This document shows positions 1 to 11,000 of a stretch of DNA of 64,000 nucleotides, in pieces. How positions within the stretch are numbered: position 1 is the first letter of the stretch; each line of letters starts with the position of its first letter. Both the position numbers and the translations under genes were made by a program. The notes under the pieces were generated by a model. The model did no database searches, had not been told where the DNA came from, and saw only the letters and a list, made by a program, of their open reading frames with translations. Source of the DNA: Vicugna vicugna (Eukaryota); contig MU063832.1 in the NCBI GenBank assembly GCA_013265495.1, positions 1,142,192 to 1,206,191 on the forward strand, in the 5' to 3' direction.

Positions 1-124
1 CTTAGTATCCAGCCTGGAAAACTTGGGCTTTCAATGGCTAAAACCTCCTCCCACAGACCCCGGGAAAACTCTGAGGGGACGGACGATCACTACCTCTCCT
101 GCTTCTGGCTGTGGACACCAGGCA

Positions 125-149
125 GTGTGTGTGTGTGTGTGTGTGTGTG
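125..149. repeat. (GT)12 microsatellite
   Basis: Direct reading. Confidence 0.95.
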
Positions 150-1493
150 AGGAACCGGATGCTGGCGGTAACGGGGGACCTTCTTGTGAGCCTCTCCCTT
201 GCTCATGTGATACTGGTCCATGCCTGGAATCTCTCTCTCTTGGATGAAATTTGCATCTCCCCGTTGCAAAGCAGAGTTCCCCAATCGTAAGACTTCTCCA
301 GCTCTGAGCCTGAATAAAGAGAAAAATTCGGAGCCAAATACACCGTATGGACAGCCCCTCCCACCCCCAAATAGGGCTACTGTTATCACAATATAGGGCT
401 CTTGACATATTTCTGGAACAGAAGCTTCTGACTACGGAGTGCTAGGCAGAGGAAGGGCACCCCATGAGAGGGTGCATATATTGTTTGAATGGTATGGCCA
501 AAAATAAAAACAGAGAAAGCTTTCAGGAAGTTGTCCCTTATGCAATTAAAAACCAGGTAAGCGTTTCATCTTCATTCTGAAATGAAGGGGATTTAGGACT
601 GACTTTCTTGGACAGTATGTTTTCTGATTTCATTTAGTCAGTCATTAATTTCTATCCATTTTCATTTAACACATCTGTATGTAAGCTCCCTGTAAGCGCC
701 CTGACAGTCTCACTGGGAGGGAGACACAGGACCTGCCCCCATCAGTCGAGTCCCCACCTGGGTAAAGAGTTAGGTCTAACACAGGGACAGAAGCTCTGCA
801 GGCCGTTAGCATCCCCATGAACCTCCCCCACCGAGCGTGCGTTTGCTTCTTCAGGATGGACTTTTCCTGGCATAAAACATCTCTGTGCAATGATAGAGGA
901 CGTTTAGAGCGTTATCTGCAATCGTAGTTCTGTTGTTCTGGAATTGGGGTGAAACACAAATAAAGCTTGGGGTCTCAGTGCCCTAGGAGGTTTTTGTCCT
1001 GAAGGGAGGGGTGTGTTTCTTCCCAGATGTTGACACTAGGAAATCAGTGATTAGAAAGGTTAGCATAGGGTTAACTGGGGCTGGGACTGAACCAGGTCAG
1101 GGTATAGGATCAGCATTCTGAGTTTTGCTAATTTACAGTCGCAGATGACACAAACAAAACAGCTACCCAACTGGCATTAGCCTTTGAAAAATATGACCTG
1201 GGATCCTTTTATAGTAGCCCTGCTTTCCTGATTCTTAATTTTCTTAAATCGATAATAAAATGATACTGTATGATTTAGCACATACAAACTGCAGATGAGA
1301 GACTGAGCCAGGAAATTGGTAAAAGGGGGCCCTTGGGGGTTAAATGTCGCCCGCAGTGCAGGGCGGGTGACAAGCACAGTCAAGTTCAACTTGTCTCCTA
1401 ATCTTCCTTTTCAACAGCAGCCACAGTAGACGTGTCTCCCCTCTGCACCCTCCTTAACAAAATCATTGCCAAGTGGAGTGAGCACAGGGCAAT

Positions 1494-1706
1494 ACAGCGT
1501 CACAGTTAAGAGGGTGGATTTAGGAATAAAACCATCCTGGTGGCTTCTCCAATCTGCCTCTTTCCAGCATGTAACTTTCTCTGAGCTTCAGTTTCCCCCA
1601 TCCGTAAAATCGAGATGATAAAAGCTTCCAGCCCGCTGGAGTGTTGTGACAATTAAGTGAGCTAATGTATGCAAAGCTCTTAGCACATTCAATCACTGTT
1701 AACTGT
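1494..1706 (+). mobile_element. MIR SINE
   Basis: Core motif CTCTGAGCTTCAGTTTCCCCCATCCGTAAAAT...GAGATGATA and 3' GTGAGCTAATGTATGCAAAGCTCTTAGCAC. Confidence 0.75.
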
Positions 1707-2064
1707 TAGGATCACGGGTAACACATGAATAACAGAATCCGGCTGCCGTTTTCCAGCCGACGGCCACCCCGCCTCTCTTCTCTCTCCTGGGAGTTTCATC
1801 AGAAAGCCCAGTTGTGATGAAGTTACTCCTCTGCCCCAGACCTTGACTTATCAAGTTCAGACTCCCTTCGCGTGGCCTGGGGAGCCCCTCGTGAAGGTGG
1901 TTTATTCTCCTCTCCCAGCCACAACACCCTCCAGCCTCGTGAGCCCCACAGTCTGGGACCAGGCTCCTTGACCTAACATCTGATTCCCTCGGGCTGGTTC
2001 CGAGCAGAGCTGGTCAAGCTAGAGTTCATTTGTTTTGTGCCTTTATTGTAGCATTTACCACTTT

Positions 2065-2189
2065 TTTTTTAATGTAATGTTTTAAAGATTTATTTATTCA
2101 TTTATTTTTTTAATGGAGGTACTGGGCATTGAACTGAGGACCTCCTGCGTGCTAGGCATGCACTCTACCACTGAGCTATACCCACCCCC
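2065..2189 (-). mobile_element. Camelid tRNA-derived SINE (Vic-1 type)
   Basis: Reverse complement reads GGGGGTGGGTATAGCTCAGTGGTAGAGTGCATGCCTAGCACGCAGGAGGTCCTCAGTTCAATGCCCAGTACCTCCA plus A-rich tail; TSD ACCACTTT at 2057-2064 and 2190-2197. Confidence 0.9.
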
Positions 2190-3660
2190 ACCACTTTGAG
2201 TTGTGTCTCCTGTGTTACGTAGCAGAGTCCTTGAAAATGGAAACAGGACCCTGTCTATATGTCTCCTGCGGGATTTTGCAGGCAGTTTTGCACATAACCA
2301 AACAGAAAAGGTTGGTTGAATTGAATTGAAAAGTTGACTCTCTGAATGTTTATTGTCAGAAGGTCATTATAGTAATGGTAGAGAAAAGGCTGGTTTGGGA
2401 TCAAAAGAACTGGATATTTATGTATGCATGTGTGTGTGTGTTTATGTACACATGTGTGTGTGTATAGATTTCCCCATCTGTGAAATAGACATACGACATA
2501 TGAAGTTCCTTTCAGCTCTGAGTCTGTGAATGTGAGTTGCTGGGCTTCCTGTCCTTTTAATGCATCTGCAAATATTGTAGCAAAAGAATAGCTCATCTTG
2601 GTGGAGTCTTGTAGTATGGAGCCCTGCTGCGCTCACTTAGCATGGTTTTCTTCCAGCCCATCCACGATGCTGCATGTGGCAGGATCTCCTTCTTTTTTCT
2701 TTCTTGGGGCTGAACTTATTATTGCTTTTGATGTTGTTCATAAGGAAAATAAGACACCTTCAATTTCCCAGAGTGTTTGAACTTAGAAAGGGACGTTCAA
2801 ACTACGATTTCTACTTTTCCTTTCTTTTTAGTTTTTGAATTAAGTGTCTTCAATGGGGTGCAAAAGCACATTTTACTCTACAACTTACAACTGTGTTTTG
2901 GTGATCGGTTGTTCACATGATATTCCAAAACAGAAGCACACTAGGCAGTTTTAATTCGAAATTTAATTCCCTACTGTGATGCAATTTGATACTTTGTAGG
3001 CAAATTACAATCTGAATATTCCATTCAGTGCAATATGGAAAATAAAGTAATTTAGTCTGAGACAGTTGCTTCTGTTTTGTTTTGGGTTTTTTTGAGATGT
3101 CTGTTGTTTAAAAGTACACACAATAAAAGGAAGATTTATATGCAAAAAAAAAAAAAAAGATAGTAATAACCAGGGCTCTACCATCTGGAGCTGCCGAAAT
3201 CTGACGGGGGTGGGAGAGCAGTCTGAGGGTGACAGACCAGCTCACCCCGTGCCCCAGTGGCCTTTCCCAGGCAGAGGCCACATGGAGCCTGCCTGTTGGT
3301 TCAGTCCTGCTTCTGAAGTCAGAGCGTCGAAGAGTTTCTCTTCTTCACTGCACTTCCCACGTATGGTAGTGCCTCGCCCGCAGAAGACGTCCCGTAAGAG
3401 TCTCTCGAGTGGGTAATCTTCCCTCTCATTAAAAATAACAACAATAGTGCCAGGATTTTTAAATACACTTATGACAGGACTCTGTGCTGAAAAACCAAAG
3501 CACAGTTGCCACCAGGAATAATGAACCGTCCTCTATACATTATGCATACATTCACTCACACAACTGTCACCGCATTCCTGTGGGCAAGGAGTTATAAATT
3601 CAGATTTTTTTCCACTGTAGATCGCATTTATCCTACAGCATTACATTATGTGCAAACTTT

Positions 3661-3834
3661 ATCACTGTCTAAAATGATGCTGCATGTGCCATTAATGTTT
3701 GCTATACCTCTCCCTGCAAAATGTGGTCTCCATGAAGTTAGAGATTTTTTTCTTTCACCTTATTCATTACTGTTTCCCTAACACAGTGCCTGGCGCATGA
3801 TAGGGGCTCACTAAATACTCGCTAAAAAAATGAA
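3661..3834 (+). mobile_element. L2 LINE 3' end
   Basis: CTCCATGAAG...ACAGTGCCTGGCGCATGATAGGGGCTCACTAAATACTCG...AATGAA resembles the L2 3' terminus. Confidence 0.7.
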
Positions 3835-4105
3835 ATTTATAGCAAGAATCTGGTACTAAATAAGGACTATTAGAAAGGGAAATCACTTAAGCAATGAAGA
3901 AAGCTCATTCTAAAGAAGAGAATGAAGCCTGAGGTTTAAGGAGGGGGGCATAGGACTAATGGTAGTTTTTTACCCCTAATTTATTCAGGGGGGAAAATGA
4001 AATGAGACAGAAAATGGGAAGCTGGGAATCCCTGGAAGGTTCTGGAAATGATTAACTGAGATCTATGTTTTATAATGTTGTTTTATGTTTCAGAGGTAAG
4101 AAGTA

Positions 4106-4203
4106 GGGGAGGGTATAGCTCAGTGGTAGAACATGTGCTTGACATGTGCTTAGCATGCACAAGGACCTGGGTTCAATCCCCAGTAACTCCATTAAAAAAA
4201 AAG
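4106..4203 (+). mobile_element. Camelid tRNA-derived SINE (Vic-1 type)
   Basis: GGGGAGGGTATAGCTCAGTGGTAGA...CTGGGTTCAATCCCCAGTAACTCCA plus poly-A; TSD AAGAAGTA on both sides. Confidence 0.92.
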
Positions 4204-4793
4204 AAGAAGTAAGAAGGGTTGGAAATAAATGTAGGTTTCATTTCCCCCACTTTTGAAGACTTTTCTTTAAAAGGGAAAGAATAAGGAAAAGAAAGATTAC
4301 AAATTTAGAGCAAGTCCCTGGAAGAGATGATGGACAAAGATCACATGGAGGATGAATTAAAAATCTCAAAGGACAATGCATCTCTCCCGGCAGAGAGAAA
4401 GTAAACTCGGAGTTCAGAGGCTATCAGGGTAATCAAGTTAAGGAAACTGAAAAAAATCAGGAAAATTGCATCACTGAGCAGAGAGCCACAGATGGCAGGA
4501 ACCATCCGGCTTGCCAACATGAGATCCGATGGCTTAAAGGAAACAGGAAGTTTGGGGGTGATTGTAGTCAGTGGAGCAAATAAGGGAGAAGTGGGTGGAA
4601 TTTTAAGGTTGAAGATTTCACGACAAAAAGTTATTGGACAGTAAGAACTTTGAAATAGCACTCAAAGAGAAGATGAGTCATTCCAAAGAGTTTATAAAAA
4701 GATGTGAACATGTTAAGAATTGGAGGACGCTTGTCATCCTGAAAGTCTTAGCAGCAACCCAGAACTCATTCATTCTTTCATTCAGCATTTCTT

Positions 4794-4933
4794 TTTGGAA
4801 AATGTTTATTTTATTTTATTTTATTATTTTATTTTGTTTTTTAATTTTTTAATTGAAGTATAGTCAGTTACAATGTGTCAATTTCTGGTGTACAGCACAA
4901 TGTCCCAGTCTTGCACATACATACATATATTCG
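4794..4933 (-). mobile_element. 5'-truncated camelid L1 3' end inserted in an L2 fragment
   Basis: T-rich tail then AATTGAAGTATAGTCAGTTACAATGTGTCAATTTCTGGTGTACAGC; 16-bp TSD TCATTCAGCATTTCTT at 4778-4793 and 4934-4949. Confidence 0.88.
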
Positions 4934-5030
4934 TCATTCAGCATTTCTTGAATATCAGCCAGGCACTGGGGACACAAAGGTGAATGAATCAGGCCAAAAG
5001 GAAATCCTGCTTTCCCAGAGTTTACAAGGA
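4934..5030 (-). mobile_element. L2 3' end fragment (continues 4766-4793, split by the L1)
   Basis: CATTCATTC...CATTCAGCATTTCTTGAATATCAGCCAGGCACTGGGGACACAAAGGTGAAT is a typical reverse L2 end. Confidence 0.65.
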
Positions 5031-5980
5031 ATAAAACAAGTAATCTCACTGATGAATATATATACATATATTCTAGTGGGTGCTTTGAGCCCAGGAGCTC
5101 AGGGAGAAGAGAGAATAACAAAGGAATCAGGTCCGGCTGGGGTAGGAAGGGGTGGGGGTGTAAGCAGGCTGTCCATGCAGTGCCGGTTTGAGCTGGGGTC
5201 TGAAGGGGAGAGGGACGGGCCAGTGGAAGAGTCCTTTTAGAGAGAGAATGGCGCACGCAGAGTCCTTCGGGAAAGGATCGTGGCATCTTCCAGAAGCAGA
5301 AGGAAGATCAGAGTAGCCGGAGGACAGTCAGGAGACGCGGGGTAAACTGAGGCAGGAGCGCTGAGCAAAGCTCCGTCTGGCTGTCCCGAGGGTCATGGTG
5401 ACTGGGGATTTCATCCCAGGAGCAGCAGGATGTCATACAGATTCTTGCTGACAGGGGAAATGGGCTGCGACCAGCAGCTGGACTCTCCAGCCAGCCAGCA
5501 CTCACCAGTTTGTGCCCGCACTGTTTCTGTTTTTCCCACCTTGATGGACAAAGGTCTGGAGGCAGCTTGCTCGAACTTGCTCTGTCCTTCCTTCTGTCCA
5601 TCCCCGACCTCTTAACATTTTCTCATGTAAATCATCATCTCTTTGATGCCCTGTCTGAGGCATCAAATACCATACATTCGAGGTCTAAAGGCTGCTTGTC
5701 CTACATTCAGTAATCCTAGACTGTTTTCTACTTTTGAAATTTCTACTTTTGAAAGCCTTTTCATTTCCGGCGGCTACTACTGTGTCTGCCTCTCACTCTA
5801 ATTGGATGCTTCCAATCTGTTGTGAGATGAGTAGCCAGGGGACTAAATGGAGAGGCTTCAGATGAGCTGGAGTTCGTGGGCTTTGTGGTCCCGTCGGATG
5901 ACTTGTAGGTTCCCTCCTATGTCCCACTGATGCTCTAAATTTCAGGACGGCTACAGGGAGCTCCATCTAGTGCCTTAGAG

Positions 5981-6187
5981 CTGTGCTGTCCAGTATGGTA
6001 GCCACTAGCCCCAGGCAGCTATTTAAATTTCAATTAGTTAAAATTAAATAAAGTGAAAAATTCAGGCCTTAGTCACACTAGCCACATTTCAAGTGCTTGA
6101 TGGTCCCATGTGGCCAGCGGCCACCCTATGAGACAGCACAGATCTGAACACTTGTATCACTGCAGAAAGTTCAGGTGCACAGTACTG
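5981..6187 (+). mobile_element. MER3-type hAT-Charlie DNA transposon (non-autonomous)
   Basis: CTGTGCTGTCCAGTATGGTAGCCACTAGCC...TAGTCACACTAGCCACATTTCAAGTGCT...CAGTACTG; degenerate 8-bp flanks CCTTAGAG and TTTTAGAG. Confidence 0.8.
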
Positions 6188-6875
6188 TTTTAGAGTGTTG
6201 GCGGAGACCTTGGACCAAATGGTGTGCATGATTGCCGCTAATATTTTTACACGTCTAGCTGACAGTAACTCCAGGCACGTACCAGCCTGTCTCGTTCCTC
6301 TAAGCGCACAAAAATACATTCTGTAAATTATTCCTTTCAGAATTGTTATAATTACTGTAATGTATTGAAGAAACGCTCAGGGATCTGCTATTTCCAGCAG
6401 AGAAATGGACCCAAAGCTAATTAAAATTCTACAGTTGCTCCCTGGGAAAATCTGAGCTCTTGCTTGATTCACCTTCCCACAGGGTCTCCAAATAGAAACC
6501 CGTCACATACGTGTCAGGCAGCCTTAACCATCTGTTTGAGAAATTCCAAGACACCACCCGAGCCTTCTTTAGTGCCTATCTCAACCTCAGGAAACCAGGT
6601 ACGTTCCAGAACTTGAGACCATGGCACAAACAGATGCTCATTTTCTAAAAACAAAATCAGCTTGTTGAACTAATGAGCTAGTTACCCTGTGTCCTGAGCT
6701 CAGAATAGCAAATGAAAGAAGAAATAGACGGAAGCTATTCCGGCTGCATGTTACATAAAAGCCACGTCAAGGTGTGATGAATAATGCATTAGCGATTCCT
6801 TGATTTTTATTATGTGCCAGTGTGAGAATGCGGTCTGTGCCTAGAGGTTTCAGTAATAATCACAACAATAATGAC

Positions 6876-7003
6876 AGCGCTTAGACATCACTCATCCCGG
6901 TAACAACGTGATGGGGACAGCGTTTCCCACATCTTACAGATGGAGAGACTGAGGCTCGGGGACGGGCTAGAGGCACAGCAGGAACCCAGCTCTGTGTCAC
7001 GTG
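6876..7003 (-). mobile_element. MIR SINE fragment
   Basis: CATCTTACAGATGGAGAGACTGAGGCTCGG is the reverse MIR core. Confidence 0.7.
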
Positions 7004-7653
7004 ACTGTGCACCCCCAAGGCTGGCGGCTCAGCCCTCTGCTCTCAGATGCATGTGCCCCCTTCTCCTGGTACCTCTGGAGGCTGGGGAGGTGGGTCAGGA
7101 GGACTCAGCAAGGCAACGTGACAAGGAGAGGAGGTCTTAATGGTCTAAGCTGGTTGTGTCTTTCTGGAAGCTTCCAGACACTCTAGCTCCTCTGCTGACA
7201 GTGTGGCTTGCATGCACTAAACCTTGGCTTTTACTGACAATGGAAAAAACAAAAGTGGAACAGCAGCAAATTTTTTTCCTGACTGTTGTGATCAGCTGAT
7301 TGGACATGACCTGAGTTTCAGAGAGAAATTCCACTTGACAAAAAGCAAATTGAAACAGACAAAACTACAGGAAGTCTCTAGACTGGGTAGGAACAGCCTG
7401 TCTCTTGCTCATTCGGTCATTCGTCCTCATCACTGTTTTCTGGGTAAAGTTCTGTCCATGCCGAGGCTGGGGTTTTAGGATTCTGTAAGGCCTCTCCCCT
7501 TGAGGACCTCAGCTGCTAACCTGAGTGGCTGTGAAGATGTTCTGAACACCTGTCCTGTACCAGGCACTCACGATCCAAAGATGAGTGAGAGGCGGCGGTT
7601 CCTGCCCAACAGGAGCTGGCAGCCTGGCCTGGGGACCGGCGGGTGAGCACACG

Positions 7654-8091
7654 CAGGCACACCGCCTCGCACTGTGCTTTGCGGATGTCGCGTTTTTGAC
7701 AGATTGAAGGTTTGCGGCAACCCTGTGTTGAGTAAGCCTATTAGTGCCATTTTCCCAACAGCATTTGCTCACTTCACGTCTTTGTGTCATATTTTGATAA
7801 TTCTCACAATATTTCAAACCCTCCACCACCAAAAAGATGACACTTTGCTGAAGGCTTAGATGATGGTTAGCATTTTTTAGCAAGAAAGTATTTTTAAATT
7901 AAGGCATGTACATTGGTTTTTTTTTTTTCTGTTTTTAGCCAGAATGCCGTTGCACACTTAATAGAGTATTGTATAAACAGAACTATCATATGCACTGGGA
8001 AACTGAAAAATTCCTGTGACTTGCTTTAGTGCGATATTTGCTTTATTGCTGTGGTCTGGAACCAAACTCACAAAATCTTGGAGGTCTGCTG
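7654..8091 (+). mobile_element. Internally deleted Tigger1 (TcMar) derivative
   Basis: Tigger1 left end (AGATTGAAGGTTTGCGGCAACCCTG...AATATTTCAAAC) fused to right end (CCTCCACCACCAAAAAGA...GTGGTCTGGAACCAAACTCACAAAATCTTGGAGGTCTGCTG). Confidence 0.85.
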
Positions 8092-11000
8092 ATAATAAAA
8101 ACACAGCAGGGCAAATGCTATGAAACCAGGATGTATGAAGTGTAAGTGAGTTGAGAACTAAATGCACACTTCCAAGCAAAATTTCCTAGTTATGGTGAGC
8201 CAGATGGGGATACAAGTTTAGAAATAGGATTAGCTGGGGAGCAGGTACTGGCTCTGGTTGGAGCTGAGACAACACAGACCAGGCACCTGGGCCACTGGCA
8301 CCGTTACTGAGGCCACGGGGCCACTGGAGAGGCTGGCTCAGGACTTCATTTGGAACAATAGTTTTTAAAGCCATGATTCACCCATGGATAGAATCAGCTG
8401 TAATCACTGGCTAGTAAATATCTATCAGCAATACTGAACTGGAAGTGGAGAAATGGGCCAGGCATCAGAAAGTAACTTCAAGGGATGAGGGCCATGGACT
8501 CTCTCTCCATCAGGGCAAAACTGGGAACTGCAATTTCGAGGCAGGAAAGAAAAATGGGGGTGTGGACCAGGGAAGGACCCAGAGTTCCAGGGCACAGAGA
8601 ATGGACATAACATTTGTCCCAGGGCCACAGGCAAATCAAGGGAAAAGGATCAAAGGGACCCAACCAGACCATCGTTCATGGTGCACCAGCCTGAACCCGC
8701 CCCAACCTGAGAGCGGTATCCCTGGGTCCAGCATCCTGCTCAGCCAGGATGGGGGACTCAGTATGCTTGTCTGAGAGAGAGTGTGGGAAAAGGAGGAGAT
8801 TGGAGACGACGCCACATCTTGGGGAGACCCGGGAGAGGGAAAGGCGGCCAGGCCATGGGGTGGTGAGGACGACAGGGAACTGGTAGGCTGACTCCGTGAG
8901 GATTGTGGGCAAGTGGGAAGAAAGGTGGGAGTGGGTGGCTAGGCTTTATGAAGGCAGGAATGATGCTTTAGTTTTGAGAAGTGGGAGAACAGGTTCTTTC
9001 CATAAGACCACCACCCACTCCCCCAGGGCTGCACAGGAGGCGCAAGTGGTGGAAAGGGTCCTCTGCCTTCAGTGGGAAGGTGGCTGTTGTATACCGACCC
9101 TCACGCAGTGACAGCGACCCCACGGTGCCAGGGGTCTGACTTGGTCCCCTATCACTCCTATATTTCACAGTAGTCCTCCAGGACACAGTTCTTGAATTCT
9201 CATCTTGACTTCAGTACAAAAAAAAAAGAAAAGAAAAGAAACTGACACAGCTGAAAAGTTAAATATGAAATATACTATGAGTTTAGGAGGAATATTCTCT
9301 GTAGTTGGGGAGACTCAAGAAGATTCTTCCTGTGGCCGCTTCTCCACTGAGACCAAGTCCTCATCTACCTGCTTACAGAAGCTCTAGGCAGGTACCCAGT
9401 GGTAGGGAGGGGTCTGTGGCCCAGGGTCCTGGTCCATTTCTCAGCCTGGGCAAACCTCCAACACCCACAGGGCCACTAGAAACTGCTGCCCACTAGAAAT
9501 TATCTTTTTTCATGGTACATTCATTTTTCATTTGTTCGAGTATTTAAAACTGTCTACTGCACGCCAAGCACTATGCTAGACACAGATGCTACAAAAATAA
9601 GATCCTTAGGGAGCTTCAGCTAAGTAGATTTATAACAGTGCGATGTCATAGGCACTCCAGCAGCAAGGAACTCCTGCAACAGTGCCTCGCCGGAAGGCAC
9701 GTTTCTGGTGACTTCCTACAGCAATCCCCAAAGAAGTGTCACACGCCTTCCCTGTGAATGGCAGCAGCCCGCTCACACTCAGGAAGTCCTCGGGGGCCTA
9801 GCAATGCCCTAGGCAGGAAAGACAGAATCCCACGAAGGCCCGAACTCTTTATAACAAGACACCCAAGCGCCCATTACTGCAAGCGGTATCAATAAACCAC
9901 TACTCTACAAAACCAGAGAGTTTAGAGTTTACTTTGGAGGCGCCTATTAAAGAAACTTGGCCTCCAAATCCTTGCCTGATCTCTAAGCCAGTCTCTGTCC
10001 CTGGGCTTCCCTTGGCTTCAGTGCTTGGATCCCCGAGTGCTGCGATAGTACAGGGTGGGTGGAGGTCGGGAGGTGTCTGCAGGAACTCAGGGACGCAAGG
10101 CACCATCTGTAAGCAGACACTCATCTTTGGCTCGGCAAACCCTCAGCCTCTTTCTCTGTTCTGCAGTCCTGAAGGTGCCCCGCTGCGGGCCCTCTGCCTC
10201 TCCCACCTCTCCAAGGCAGCCTGAACGCACCCCGGTTTTACTGACGTGCCCACTCTAAGTTATTCAAACTGATGGGGTGCCCAGATGTGGAAAACAATGA
10301 AAATGGGCTTGTAAGTGACTCTTAATACATGGACAGCAGAAAATTGTCATAGAAAGAGTATGCTGTTGGGATCCACTTGGGAAAACCAGAAGACTGGGTG
10401 TTACCAACATTTAAAGCACGCCCAATTTGAGTGATACTTAGTGTTGGCTAAAGATGGATTCCTTTTACTGCTTGGCCTCAGGATCTACATGGACAGCCCA
10501 TCTTAAAATTGAAACGTACCGTTGACTTAATACCCAGGACCCTGGCGCATCTGCGGATGTCAAATTCTGTCCTGTATCCTTTCTGTTTTTTTCCAGTTTA
10601 CCCAATGTTTCTTTTTTCTGTCTTTCCACGTTTACTTGGAGCATTATGCATGCTTTTCACTTTCAGAAATCCTCGTGCAGAGCCGTCTCTCTTTATGAAA
10701 TCTTTCCCCCAACAGAACCTTTTCGGTTTCCAGCACCTCCTTGCAAGAGTTGCTGAGCAGAGAAGCAGCACAGCCTGCGCTGAGGCGCGGACGCTAAGCC
10801 GTTAGCGAAGCTCGCTCTCCACAGTTAAGTGGCTCGCTCTCGCCCAAGCATGGCGCTCGCACTGACCCCGCTCTGAGCCTCTTCGGAAGGACAAATGGTC
10901 CCCTGTCACGGGCTTAGGGGGATGTTCACAAATAGTGAAACTAGGAACATTCTAGCTGCAAGCGCCGAGCATCCCACATGCCACTCCTGACGCCGCCTGT

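Noticed and set aside
551-562. Strong donor CAG|GTAAGC at 556/557 as an upstream JCAD exon
   Set aside because: No convincing matching acceptor or promoter; isolated consensus donors are common. Needs RNA-seq.
4106-4190. tRNA gene (also 2110-2189 and 26031-26104)
   Set aside because: tRNA-like A/B boxes are followed by A-rich tails and flanked by TSDs; these are tRNA-derived SINEs.
4329-4640. Nearly open purine-rich + frame (MDKDHMEDELK..., one internal stop) as a processed pseudogene
   Set aside because: No recognisable parent protein, poly-A tail or TSD; a tblastn/blastx search would settle it.
5725-5754. 15-bp direct repeat TTTCTACTTTTGAAA x2
   Set aside because: Real, but an ordinary slippage duplication with no functional clue.
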